From an uncultured Thermoprotei archaeon (lineage in GTDB: Archaea > Thermoproteota > Thermoprotei > Thermofilales > B15-G2): DNA of 64,000 bases. The translations under genes and the position numbers were made by a program. Under the pieces are notes generated by a model that was given only the letters and a program-made list of their open reading frames with translations, made no database searches and was not told the DNA's origin. The stretch spans positions 99,952 to 163,951 of the forward strand of contig CBDUKN010000004.1 in NCBI GenBank assembly GCA_965367815.1, given 5' to 3'. Shown one piece after another: positions 10,519 through 19,753 of this stretch (within the stretch, counting starts at the first letter, position 1; every line of letters starts with the position of its first letter).

Positions 10519-11086
10519 AGTAAACAGAATAATTATTACGGGAACACCTGGAGTTGGAAAAACCTCCGTATCCAAGAAAGTTGCGTCTATTTTAAATGCA
10601 AAATATGTCAACTTGGCAGAATTTGTTAAAAGTAATAAATTGTTTTTAGAGTATGATAATGAATTAAACAGTTACATTATAGATGAGGAAAAGACGCGAA
10701 AAACATTAAGGAGGCTACTAAGAGAATATAGTCGTGTAGTAGTAGACACACATATACTCACCGTTTTCGACCCCAATGCAGTAGATTTAGCTATAGTTCT
10801 TAGATTGAATCCTAAAATCCTTTTAAAGAGACTAAAGGAGAGAAACTATTCCTTAAGCAAAATTAAGGTTAATATACAGGCTGAAATGCTCGGAGTATGT
10901 CTTAGCGAAGCTGTAGAAATATTCGGCTTAGATAAAGTAGCCGAAGTAGATACTACAGCGAGAAACTTGGAAGAAGTAGTGCGAGAAGTTCTTAATGCTA
11001 TTGATCATCCAAATAAATATAGGCCAGGAAAGGTAGACTGGTCCCAGTTAATATACGATGATGAATTAATGAAGTATCTAGTTTAA
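10499..11086 (+). CDS. AK6/Fap7-type adenylate kinase/ATPase
   Basis: ITGTPGVGKT, VVDTH (hhhhDxH), RLKERNYS..K. Confidence 0.85.
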   Translation: MSSKNSKVNRIIITGTPGVGKTSVSKKVASILNAKYVNLAEFVKSNKLFLEYDNELNSYIIDEEKTRKTLRRLLREYSRVVVDTHILTVFDPNAVDLAIVLRLNPKILLKRLKERNYSLSKIKVNIQAEMLGVCLSEAVEIFGLDKVAEVDTTARNLEEVVREVLNAIDHPNKYRPGKVDWSQLIYDDELMKYLV

Positions 11087-11484
11087 CGTTCTTCAGGCTT
11101 AGGCATAATAAATGCAACTAGTCTTCTTTGAGCTAACATATTTAGATATGTTATTAGCGAGACTTCTGCTTCGCGGGGCCTTAGCTTGTACTTCTTGCAA
11201 AGCTCGTTAATTATGTCCTCGATTGTATGCTTTCCATCGCACAGTTCCCATACAAAGCTTCCAACTTTGTCTAAGACTATTTTTCTTTCTCTAGATGTCT
11301 TAAAGAATTTACTGAGCCATGTTTCTTTCATTTTAATTATTAATGCTATTTCTCCACTCTCATATTTTTTCCACTCTACAAGAGGATTTCGTATAGGTTT
11401 ACTTTTTAATATTACTTCTTTGCTTGGTTGCAAAGGTTTTTTCTCTTCTTTTTCTTTTTTCTTAAAGAAAGGTAGTTTAACCAT
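11083..11484 (-). CDS. PqqD-family (RiPP recognition element-like) protein
   Basis: LDKVGSFVWELCDGKHTIEDII...YLNMLAQRRLV. Confidence 0.8.
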   Translation of the reverse strand: MVKLPFFKKKEKEEKKPLQPSKEVILKSKPIRNPLVEWKKYESGEIALIIKMKETWLSKFFKTSRERKIVLDKVGSFVWELCDGKHTIEDIINELCKKYKLRPREAEVSLITYLNMLAQRRLVAFIMPKPEER

Positions 11485-11496
11485 TATCTCTCATCA

Positions 11497-11790
11497 CTAA
11501 TAGTCATTGGCAGATTTATAGTTATCTATTTGGTAACTCTTAAGACAGTTCTTGCATATGTAAATATGCTCGTCTACTTCTTCACAGCAATATTCACATA
11601 CTTGTTTTTCACATTTTTCACATAGAGCGATCGCTAAGTTAGTCTTACATATGCTACATAAAGTGGAGCTGCATATTTTACATAAATTCTTTTTTCTATC
11701 AAAATCTTCTTCACAGACTAATCTGCCGCACTTAATGCACCTTAGAGTTCCCTGTTTCTCTAAACATATTTCACAGACGCTCATATACAA
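11497..11790 (-). CDS. Cys-rich tandem zinc-finger (B-box-like) protein
   Basis: Two repeats of CxxC-x7/8-CxxC-x4-C-x-x-(D/C)...CxxC. Confidence 0.7.
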   Translation of the reverse strand: MYMSVCEICLEKQGTLRCIKCGRLVCEEDFDRKKNLCKICSSTLCSICKTNLAIALCEKCEKQVCEYCCEEVDEHIYICKNCLKSYQIDNYKSANDY

Positions 11791-11845
11791 GTCTAGAAAA
11801 ATGAGGAGAAGTAATATTTAAATTCGCTGTTTACTTTTCTTAAGC

Positions 11846-12829
11846 ATGATTAAAACAACATATGTAGGAAGTTTTCCTTTAGACTACTCCGAAGAAAACA
11901 TTGTTAGAATACTAAAGGATATTGAGCAAATACCTATAGACTATCCATGTTACCCGCAGCTGGTTGATTTTATTAAACAGTTCTTAGAACCTCTTGCCTC
12001 AGAAAATATAGGTATAGAGTACAAAGAAGACAAGTTCTTTATGGCAGGTGAACTAAAAACCTTAGATAAACCAATTGCCACAAAAGCTTTAGAAATTACA
12101 GTAAACTACTTTAAAGGCAAAGCAGCTGTAGAAGGAGTTAGAGCATGTGTTACAGGTCCTTTCACCTTAGCTTCGCAGATAATAGTGCCGGGCAAGAAGC
12201 GTGGATTAGGTTTTGAGAATACTGTATTAACTAAGCCAGAAACTGTAGGAAAATTGGCAGAAATAGTAGCCAACATATGCAAATATTATGCAGAGCTAGG
12301 CGCGGCGTGGATTAATATAGATGAACCAGTGTTGTCTGTAATAGTTGGAAGAAGAAAAATATTATATGGATATACTGAAGATCAAATAGTAGAAATTCTC
12401 AATAAAGTAATAAGTAAAGTACAGAATAAAATTACAGGGATTCATGTCTGTGGAGCAATATCGCCACTTCTAAGAGATATACTCTTGAAAACAGAGTTTA
12501 AAATACTAGATCATGAGTTTAAAGGAACTCCCTCAAATATAGATATATTCGAAAGAAGAGTTATAGAAAAATACGATAAGAAGTTGTCTTTCGGATGCGT
12601 GTCGTCTAAGGATATTAATATAGAAAAAATAGATGAAGTATTAAATCTACTCGAAAAAGCCTTCGAGAAAATAGGCTTAGAAAACATAGAGTTTATAAAG
12701 CCCGACTGTGGGTTCAGAGGCCTTAGGACAGCTTGCGCGTCACCCGAAGAAGCCTATAAAATAGCTCTAGAGAAATTAAGAGTACTTAAGAAAGTAAGAG
12801 ATCTTGCAAATAATAAGTATAGAGAATAG
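11846..12829 (+). CDS. cobalamin-independent methionine synthase, catalytic-domain-only (core MetE) family
   Basis: VGSFP, VTGPFTL, IDEP, HVC, DHE, PDCG zinc ligands. Confidence 0.8.
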   Translation: MIKTTYVGSFPLDYSEENIVRILKDIEQIPIDYPCYPQLVDFIKQFLEPLASENIGIEYKEDKFFMAGELKTLDKPIATKALEITVNYFKGKAAVEGVRACVTGPFTLASQIIVPGKKRGLGFENTVLTKPETVGKLAEIVANICKYYAELGAAWINIDEPVLSVIVGRRKILYGYTEDQIVEILNKVISKVQNKITGIHVCGAISPLLRDILLKTEFKILDHEFKGTPSNIDIFERRVIEKYDKKLSFGCVSSKDINIEKIDEVLNLLEKAFEKIGLENIEFIKPDCGFRGLRTACASPEEAYKIALEKLRVLKKVRDLANNKYRE

Positions 12830-12877
12830 TCAGCTGGAATGCTCTTCATCATTTTCAGCGAAGGACGCGCTCATCAT
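12830..12877 (-). ncRNA. box C/D sRNA
   Basis: Perfect boxes: ATGATGA-gcgcgtccttcg-CTGA-aa-ATGATGA-agagcattccag-CTGA; two 12-nt guides; fills the intergenic gap exactly. Confidence 0.92.
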
Positions 12878-12878
12878 A

Positions 12879-13268
12879 TTAACTAGTTTTTTCATATAGT
12901 TCCTCATATACAGCATTTATATTTTTCTTTTTGTCTTCAGAAATAGTGTCTTCTATTTTCTTTAAATACATTTTTCCTCTTTTTGAAATAACTAATATTT
13001 TTGTGAAAGGAGTAATGTAGTTTGCTGTAACGTAACCATATGCTATAAGGCCTCTATCTAGTAATTTTTTAATAGCGTTAAGAGTTTTTGGACCCATGGC
13101 GTAGGTTCCATCAATACTTATTAGGTCTATTTCGTTAGATATTGCTCCTTTCTCTTTTAGCTTTGCTAAAAACTTTTCAAAAGAAGTTTCGTCAACGCCT
13201 TTTTTAAATAGCGAGAGCACGTAGAGAAGGAGTTTCTCTGTTGTACTGAGCTTAGCCATAAAAATCAC
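12879..13268 (-). CDS. hypothetical protein, possible winged helix
   Basis: LNAIKKLLDRGLI...ISKRGKMYL pattern. Confidence 0.65.
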   Translation of the reverse strand: MIFMAKLSTTEKLLLYVLSLFKKGVDETSFEKFLAKLKEKGAISNEIDLISIDGTYAMGPKTLNAIKKLLDRGLIAYGYVTANYITPFTKILVISKRGKMYLKKIEDTISEDKKKNINAVYEELYEKTS

Positions 13269-13352
13269 TTTGGTTTCACTCTTTCATAAATATATTTTTT
13301 ACGCATAACACTGAAAAAGCGTTTATATGACAATCCACATAAGTTCTGTGAA

Positions 13353-14546
13353 ATGAGTAGAGGTAGTTGGACTAAAATTAAGATAGGAACTTCTGGGTAC
13401 AGTTATGATGACTGGGTAGGTGTTCTTTACGAAAAACAAGAGAGTAGACTCAAAAAGTATTCATCTGTTTTTACTTTAGTAGAAATAGACTCTACTTTTT
13501 ATTCTGAGCCTAAGCCTGAAGTAGTTAGATACTGGGTAACAGTAACTCCGATAGGATTTACTTTTACTGCTAAGATTTCTAGAGAAATTACCCATAAGCG
13601 AAAGCTAGATCCTAGACGTGGAGCTATAAAAGAGCTTACTAGGTTTATTGAACTTTTAAAACCGCTTATATCGTCAAAGAAACTCGGCTGTCTAGTAGTG
13701 CAGCTGCCTCCTTCTTTTACTTATAGTGATGTAAAGTACTTAGAGAATTTCTTAAAAGAGTCGCCTAGAGAAGTTCGTTTCGCCGTAGAGTTTCGTCATC
13801 CGAGTCTACTAAGAAGCGATGTCTATAAAATTCTTGAGCGATATGATGCAGCATATGTAATAGTTGATGAACCACTTTTACCCTCAGATGTAATTGTAAC
13901 AACAGACTTTAGCTACATCAGGTGGCATGGAAGAGGTAAGGCTCCCTGGTACAATTACCATTACTCGATAAATGAGCTTAAAGAGTGGGTACCTAAAGTA
14001 AATGAAGTAGCCGATAAAACTGATGTTGTGTACGGACTTTTCAACAACCATTTCTATGGGTATGCAGTTCATAATGCTCTGCAAATGATAGTGCTTTTAG
14101 GAATAGCTAATCAGTATCAAAGAGAGCTTTTGAAAAAACTGGATGAGTATTTCTTGAGAAGAGAGGCTGGAATAAGGCCTCCTATTAAGGAGAAAAAACC
14201 TGTTTTATTATGTGCGCTCAGCGTAAAAGAACTACTCGAGTATTTAATGGATAAACATAGATATCGCAGAATGTTTGACATTAATATAGCCGACGTAAAG
14301 ATCATAGAGGCTTCTAGTAAAATTGTAAAAGCAAAAGTAAAAGATTATAACGTTATAATCGATGTAGAAAATAAGGTTATTCTTCACGATTGTCCTGACT
14401 GGAGTAGAGTTCTTGTAGCTAAACAGTTCTGCAAACACGTAGGCAGACTCTTTTTAGTGCTTAAGCCAGAATTAGCAAAAAGTATTCTGTGTGATATTAT
14501 AGAAAATAAAGAGACTTGGAGTTTCAAGCCTCTTACTCAATATTAG
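13353..14546 (+). CDS. DUF72 (YecE) domain protein with C-terminal SWIM-like Zn finger
   Basis: [41 protein letters not shown]; C-terminal HDCPDW...CKH. Confidence 0.85.
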   Translation: MSRGSWTKIKIGTSGYSYDDWVGVLYEKQESRLKKYSSVFTLVEIDSTFYSEPKPEVVRYWVTVTPIGFTFTAKISREITHKRKLDPRRGAIKELTRFIELLKPLISSKKLGCLVVQLPPSFTYSDVKYLENFLKESPREVRFAVEFRHPSLLRSDVYKILERYDAAYVIVDEPLLPSDVIVTTDFSYIRWHGRGKAPWYNYHYSINELKEWVPKVNEVADKTDVVYGLFNNHFYGYAVHNALQMIVLLGIANQYQRELLKKLDEYFLRREAGIRPPIKEKKPVLLCALSVKELLEYLMDKHRYRRMFDINIADVKIIEASSKIVKAKVKDYNVIIDVENKVILHDCPDWSRVLVAKQFCKHVGRLFLVLKPELAKSILCDIIENKETWSFKPLTQY

Positions 14547-15165
14547 CGTGTAGCTTCTTTAGATCTTCTTCTTCTTTCCCGAGGCGGTTCATTAGTTCAA
14601 CTATAATTCCGTCAAGTAATGCCATTACAGTATCTTCAAATAGAGTTCCTAAAGGCGCTAGAGGCTCGTGTATACCCAGTATTTGTCTAGCAAAGTAGTC
14701 TTTCTCTTTAGCTACTTTAGTTCTACCTGGGACGAATACTACGTGGTCAGATATTTTTCCGAGTGGAGAGTCAGGATATGTTGTTATTGCGATTACTTTT
14801 GCTCCAACGGTTTTTGCTGTCTCGGCGGCTGTAACTATGAGCTTAGTAGATCCCGAACCTGATATTGCTATAACTATGTCTCCTTCGCCTATACTGGGTG
14901 TAATAGTTTCACCTAGAACATATACGTTAAATCCTAAGTGCATAAGTCTCATCGCGAAAGCTTTTCCCACAAGCCCTGAGCGACCTGCACCAATTACTAA
15001 TATTTTCTTGGATTTTTCGTAGGCTTCTGTAAGCATATCTACCATTTTCTCTATTTGAGCGTCGTCGATAAGGTCTATTGATTTCAAAATGAAAGTTGCT
15101 ATTTCTCTCATCGCAGACTTAACGTAAGAGTTTAGTCTTCTCACGTAAGCTACACTCACTTTCAC
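14533..15165 (-). CDS. hxlB: 6-phospho-3-hexuloisomerase
   Basis: [33 protein letters not shown]. Confidence 0.93.
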   Translation of the reverse strand: MKVSVAYVRRLNSYVKSAMREIATFILKSIDLIDDAQIEKMVDMLTEAYEKSKKILVIGAGRSGLVGKAFAMRLMHLGFNVYVLGETITPSIGEGDIVIAISGSGSTKLIVTAAETAKTVGAKVIAITTYPDSPLGKISDHVVFVPGRTKVAKEKDYFARQILGIHEPLAPLGTLFEDTVMALLDGIIVELMNRLGKEEEDLKKLHANIE

Positions 15166-15263
15166 TTAAATATTTTCTTTAACTAAAAGTAAACTCGGAG
15201 CTTCATTTTTATAATCTTTTTAGAAAAAGTAAATGTTAAATAAAATGCCCGCTATACATACCA

Positions 15264-15851
15264 GTGGAGCCGTTTATTGACGGATTTATTTTTGGAATAG
15301 CTTTTGCTCTTCTTTGTCTGCCTTCATGTGGAGTCCTTCTTTTATCTACAGTGCTCTTAACTAAAAGAATAAAAGTGAAAGAAAATATTTCGAGTATTCT
15401 TGTATTTATTTTAGGGAAGATTTTCTCAATAATAATTCTCTTTTTACTGATCTTTATTTTTGGTAAAGTTTTGCTTAAAGAAGAAATGAGCTATACCTTA
15501 CGATTATGTTCAAGTCTCGCTTTAATTATCATAGGACTTTTAATGCTGAAATCTAGATCTGAACTCAACTCAACTAAATGTTTTGCGGTAGGCTTATGTT
15601 CTTCTATCAGAATATGTCCTCTTCACACTATAGTAATACTGAAAGCTTTTTCGCTGATATTTGACACCGATATAGTGCTGTTTACAGCGGGTTTTATCTT
15701 AGGAAATAGTTTGCTCTTCTTCTTGACGGGTATTTTTATGGCGTTTTTGAAGAAGTTGACTTTAACTTATAGTAGGCTTGAATATTTAAGGCGTGTAGGT
15801 GCAAGCATATTGGTGATAGAAGCTCTGCTTATAGCTGTTTACGGAATATAG
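15264..15851 (+). CDS. DsbD_2/TauE-like multi-pass membrane protein
   Basis: CLPSCG and ICP motifs in a ~6-TM protein. Confidence 0.55.
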   Translation: MEPFIDGFIFGIAFALLCLPSCGVLLLSTVLLTKRIKVKENISSILVFILGKIFSIIILFLLIFIFGKVLLKEEMSYTLRLCSSLALIIIGLLMLKSRSELNSTKCFAVGLCSSIRICPLHTIVILKAFSLIFDTDIVLFTAGFILGNSLLFFLTGIFMAFLKKLTLTYSRLEYLRRVGASILVIEALLIAVYGI

Positions 15852-15901
15852 CCATAGAGTACATACGGCTTTATATTTATCACAATAAATATAGTATAAA
15901 T

Positions 15902-16841
15902 GTGAAAAAACTTGTAGTGGCGCTGGGGGAATGCTCTTCTTAAAAAGGGAGAAAAGGGAACGCTTGAAGAGCAGTTTGCTAATGCTAAGATCACTGCAAA
16001 AGAAATCACGGACCTAGTTGCTCGAGGCTATAGAGTTATTGTTACTCATGGTAATGGGCCTCAAGTAGGCAATATATATCTGCAGCAGGAATTAGCATCT
16101 AGTAAAATTCCCCCTATGAGTCTCGATACATGTGGGGCTATGAGCCAAGGACTTATAGGATTTATTTTAACACTATCGCTTTTAAATGAGTTTAATAGAA
16201 GGGGGCTCGGTTATTCTGTTGTAACGATCTTGACTCATGTTCTTATTGACACAGAGGATCCAGCTTTCAGTGAACCGACGAAGCCTATAGGACCATTTTA
16301 TTCAGAAAAAGATGCTTTTAAGGTTAATAGATGAGAAAGGATGGACTATGAAGAGGGATCCGAGAGGAGGCTGGCGAAGAGTTGTTCCTTCGCCAAAGCC
16401 TATTAAAATACTGGAGGGCCCTATAATTAACTACTTAATTGATCAGGAAAAACTGTTGTTATCGCTTGTGGCGGCGGAGGAATACCTGTAGTTTTTAAAG
16501 AGGGTGAGTATAAAGGAGTGGAGGCTGTTATAGACAAAGATCTAACAGCAGCTAAGCTAGCTATCGATATTGGAGCGGATATACTGTTGATATTAACAGA
16601 TGTAGAGAAAGTTGCCTTATATTTTGGGACTCTAAAACAAAAGTGGATAGATAAAATGACTATAGAGGAGGCGGAGAAGTATATTGAAGAGGACCACTTT
16701 GCTCCAGGAAGTATGTTGCCGAAAGTCCTTGCAGCAATAGAGTTTATCAAGAATGGTGGAGAAAAAGCGATTATAGCGAAGTTAGGAAAGACGATGGAAG
16801 CCCTTTCCGGGAAAACTGGGACCTGTATTCTTAGAGCTTGA
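15902..16841 (+). pseudogene. arcC: carbamate kinase, three frameshifts
   Basis: VVALG(G)NALL, THGNGPQVG, PTKPIGPFY, WRRVVPSPKP, GGGGIPV, EAVIDKD, PGSMLPK lie in different frames; indels at ~15927, ~16317 and ~16446. Confidence 0.88.
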
Positions 16842-17018
16842 TCTGATATAGTTTAAGTAATTTAAAGCCGCTTTATGTGAAGTGAAAACAGAATATATTT
16901 TGGCGTATCTAAATGGGATTCTACGACCACAGTATCTGCACTGTATACATGTAAACGGGTAAGATACGCACATAAAGTTGCCACATGAATTGCATTTAAT
17001 TACAGCATATTTTCTCAT
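16782..17018 (-). CDS. small Zn-ribbon protein (DUF1922-like)
   Basis: YAVIKCNSCG...CRYCGRR. Confidence 0.65.
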   Translation of the reverse strand: MRKYAVIKCNSCGNFMCVSYPFTCIQCRYCGRRIPFRYAKIYSVFTSHKAALNYLNYIRSSSKNTGPSFPGKGFHRLS

Positions 17019-17074
17019 CGAAATGGGAGTATTTAGGAAAAGTATAAATTTATTTTCTCAAAAATATGCACAAG

Positions 17075-17123
17075 ATGATTAGAGAGATCCGCTCTGAGAA
17101 GTGATGAGCTCCGACCTCAATGA
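17075..17123 (+). ncRNA. box C/D sRNA candidate
   Basis: ATGATTA-gagagatccgct-CTGA-gaa-GTGATGA-gctccgacctca-ATGA; 12-nt guides; TATA-like element upstream. Confidence 0.72.
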
Positions 17124-17584
17124 TTCTTTTCTGACTCGATTATGTTTAGCCAACTTTTTGGTACATATCCTTTGGCTACAACTTTTGCTAGAAGTAAGTC
17201 TAGTCTTTTTATGATAATAGCTTTCCTACTATTAATTAGTTCTACTAGCTGATTAAAGTTAGTAAATAGTATATTTCTATTTGTAATGTCATTTAAGACT
17301 ATATACCTATAAATAAAGCTACTAGGGTCGTGTGATTCGTATTTGTCGCATTTAGAGAAGACTATGAGGTAAAATCCTGCTCTAGGAGGATATATTTCGG
17401 AGTTAATAATGTATGATACTGGAATTTTTTCTTCTGGAGGACCTATTAAGTCAATGCACTCTTCGCATGCAATAGCATATTTGCTTGTATCGGAAAGGTC
17501 TAATGAAAATATTCTGTTGTCTTCTTTTATGAGGCCTATTTTCTTCCCTTTAAGCAATATGCCTCGTATTTTAATGGGCATCAA
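17117..17584 (-). CDS. hypothetical protein
   Basis: 155-aa ORF, no recognised family. Confidence 0.6.
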   Translation of the reverse strand: MMPIKIRGILLKGKKIGLIKEDNRIFSLDLSDTSKYAIACEECIDLIGPPEEKIPVSYIINSEIYPPRAGFYLIVFSKCDKYESHDPSSFIYRYIVLNDITNRNILFTNFNQLVELINSRKAIIIKRLDLLLAKVVAKGYVPKSWLNIIESEKNH

Positions 17585-17616
17585 ATATATTATAGAGGAA
17601 GTATAAATGAAAATTG

Positions 17617-17670
17617 TTGATGAATCCTGGCCTTACTGAGGTCAGGATGATGCTTTTGGCTACCGGCTGA
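17617..17670 (+). ncRNA. box C/D sRNA
   Basis: TTGATGA-atcctggcctta-CTGA-ggtc-AGGATGA-tgcttttggctaccgg-CTGA. Confidence 0.8.
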
Positions 17671-17837
17671 AAACTTACTATTACGTAGTAAACTATACTA
17701 CTATATTTAGTTCGTATTAAGTTAAATACAATAGGTTGAAAGCAGGTGCATAATATTTAAAAGAATGTTTGCTCAAAAACCCTTTTTTACTTTTAGGTAA
17801 AGCTTATAAAAACTGACGAAGGAGGGTAGTTAGTAAA

Positions 17838-18113
17838 ATGAATCGTGGGTTAAATATGAGTATTGCTTTAGAAAGAATGGTTATAGACATAGTAAAAGAG
17901 ATTATTGACCAGAACAAAGGTAATGTCGTCTGCGTTAAAACAAGAGATGTTGCAAAGAAGCTTGAGAGACGAGGAATCAAGGCTTTTAGATCCAAAGCTG
18001 TTTACCGTATTATAGCCAAAGTTCTCATCGAGGTATTTCATGCAAAGGCTGTTAAAAGAGGGAGAATATATAAATACTTTATATATAAGAGGCCTGTTAA
18101 GGAAGTAATATAA
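17838..18113 (+). CDS. small basic putative DNA-binding (wHTH-like) protein
   Basis: KTRDVAKKL...VYRIIAKVL...KRGRIYKY. Confidence 0.6.
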   Translation: MNRGLNMSIALERMVIDIVKEIIDQNKGNVVCVKTRDVAKKLERRGIKAFRSKAVYRIIAKVLIEVFHAKAVKRGRIYKYFIYKRPVKEVI

Positions 18114-18120
18114 AGTGACA

Positions 18121-18169
18121 ATGATGAAAGTCATGCCTGCGGAGCTATGAAGAGTTCTGGGGTAGCTGA
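18121..18169 (+). ncRNA. box C/D sRNA
   Basis: ATGATGA-aagtcatgcctg-CGGA-gct-ATGAAGA-gttctggggtag-CTGA; 12-nt guides. Confidence 0.82.
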
Positions 18170-18339
18170 GGCCCTTACTCATTTTTAATTTTTTATTATA
18201 ATTCTATTAAATACTTGCTATAGGTTATGTAAAGTATATAAGTGATTGTAAGAAAAATAACCTAATTTGTGGGAGATTTAGTGTTTTTCCAGTAAATAAT
18301 AATACTGAAAATTAGATTGCATAAAAATTAAATAGATTT

Positions 18340-18807
18340 TTGAAAGTAGGTAGGTATATGGAGCATCTGAGGGGAGTAGTTGATGAAATTAAAAGTCTTT
18401 ACGAGGAGCTTAATAATGCTGTTTCTCAAGGCGAAGTAGATAAGGGAATAGAGATAGGACTAAAACTTTTTTCTAAATTAACTGAGATATCTAGAACGTA
18501 TGTTTTATTAAATATTCTTGATGAAAATGTTAGAGAAACAGTTGACGATATTATTAGGGACTATGAGCAGGCGCTCTGTTATCTTAAAGGAGCTAATGAT
18601 GCTTTAAAGGGCTTTTCAAACGGCGAAATAGTGAAGACTCGTAAGGAAATTCTAAGAATTTTAATAGCGTATGTTCAGGGAATGATAGGGTTTGTTTTAG
18701 GTGCGTTAGCCATACTAATGGACTGCGGTAGAGTATTGGCTCCAGTAAAAAACGGTATTGAGAGGCAGTCTGGTAGAAAGAGTAATGTTTTGTTGCATAT
18801 TATTTAG
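18340..18807 (+). CDS. hypothetical helical protein
   Basis: ORF; likely start ATG ~18358 after GGTAGGT. Confidence 0.6.
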   Translation: MKVGRYMEHLRGVVDEIKSLYEELNNAVSQGEVDKGIEIGLKLFSKLTEISRTYVLLNILDENVRETVDDIIRDYEQALCYLKGANDALKGFSNGEIVKTRKEILRILIAYVQGMIGFVLGALAILMDCGRVLAPVKNGIERQSGRKSNVLLHII

Positions 18808-18817
18808 GCTTCAAAAG

Positions 18818-18906
18818 CGGGCCCGCCGGGATTTGAACCCGGGACCTACGGCTGCCTCCCCTTAAGTTAGGAGGCCGCCGCTCTATCCTGGCTGAGCTAC
18901 GGGCCC
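18818..18906 (-). tRNA. tRNA-Arg(CCT) with 14-nt intron at 37/38
   Basis: GGGCCCG acceptor stem, GCGGC-CT-CCT-A[ACTTAAGGGGAGGC]A-GCCGT, GGTTCAAATCC. Confidence 0.93.
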
Positions 18907-18954
18907 AATCTAAACATTTAGCTGGCATTTATAAACTTAGTCTCAAAATAACTA

Positions 18955-19221
18955 TTATTTACGTAGAAGATTATCAAGTTCTTCTTCGTTTAATACTCTT
19001 ATTACTTTCCAGTAGCTTATTCTTCCTCTGGCTTTCTGCTCTACTAGTCCCTTGGATTTGAGGAATCGTAGTATTTGGTACAAGATAGAGTATGTTATTC
19101 TTGGATTACTTTGAGAGATTTTTTGATAAAGAGCAGGTGTAGAAGTCTCTCCTAATTGCTGTAATGTCTTGTATACTTCTTTTGCTCTAGCTATAGTTAA
19201 TGGGGATCTGCGGCGACCCAT
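18955..19221 (-). CDS. winged-helix DNA-binding protein
   Basis: YSILYQILRFLKSKGLVE...GRISYW. Confidence 0.7.
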   Translation of the reverse strand: MGRRRSPLTIARAKEVYKTLQQLGETSTPALYQKISQSNPRITYSILYQILRFLKSKGLVEQKARGRISYWKVIRVLNEEELDNLLRK

Positions 19222-19279
19222 GGTTAAACTTAAACATACATAAAAATAAAGCTTTTAGTGTCTCTTTTGAGCAAAATAC

Positions 19280-19666
19280 TTAGGTTGGTCTCATAATTAG
19301 TATCTCTTCTCCTTTTTTAACGTATTCTCCTTCTTTTGTTTTAATTTTAAGTATAATTCCGTTGATAGGAGAGACAATAGGTATATACGTTTTCATGCTT
19401 TCTATTACTGCCAGTATTTTTCCCTTGAATACTGTATCTTTTTCAGATATATGCAGTGATAGTATTTTTCCAGTTATTGGAGAGCGTATTGTGACATTAT
19501 TATTTTTTGTAATGTCTAGTGTTTTCTCTGAGTGTACGGGGTTGTTGTTATTGTATATAATGGTTTTTACTTCAATAATAATTGTTACGCGCTCATTATT
19601 TATACTAGTACTTATAATTGTTCTTTTCATAGCTATAATGTGTAGAAAATTTTTGTTATTTGCCAA
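19280..19666 (-). CDS. biotin carboxyl carrier protein (divergent)
   Basis: IRSPITGKI...IESMKT...SPINGII...GEYV; biotin Lys in the SMK motif. Confidence 0.75.
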   Translation of the reverse strand: MANNKNFLHIIAMKRTIISTSINNERVTIIIEVKTIIYNNNNPVHSEKTLDITKNNNVTIRSPITGKILSLHISEKDTVFKGKILAVIESMKTYIPIVSPINGIILKIKTKEGEYVKKGEEILIMRPT

Positions 19667-19753
19667 TATTCTATATTTTTCACTACGTATACTATTACCT
19701 TTATTTTTATATTTTTGTTGCGTTTAGTATATTTATTGTTAGATATTATTGTT

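Noticed and set aside
11497-11790. Cys-rich ORF as a ranthipeptide/sactipeptide precursor
   Set aside because: Regular CxxC pairs from the N-terminus with no leader fit a Zn finger; no radical SAM enzyme adjacent.
19362-19727. 121-aa hydrophobic + strand ORF
   Set aside because: Antisense to the biotin-carrier gene; its hydrophobicity reflects the T-rich strand.
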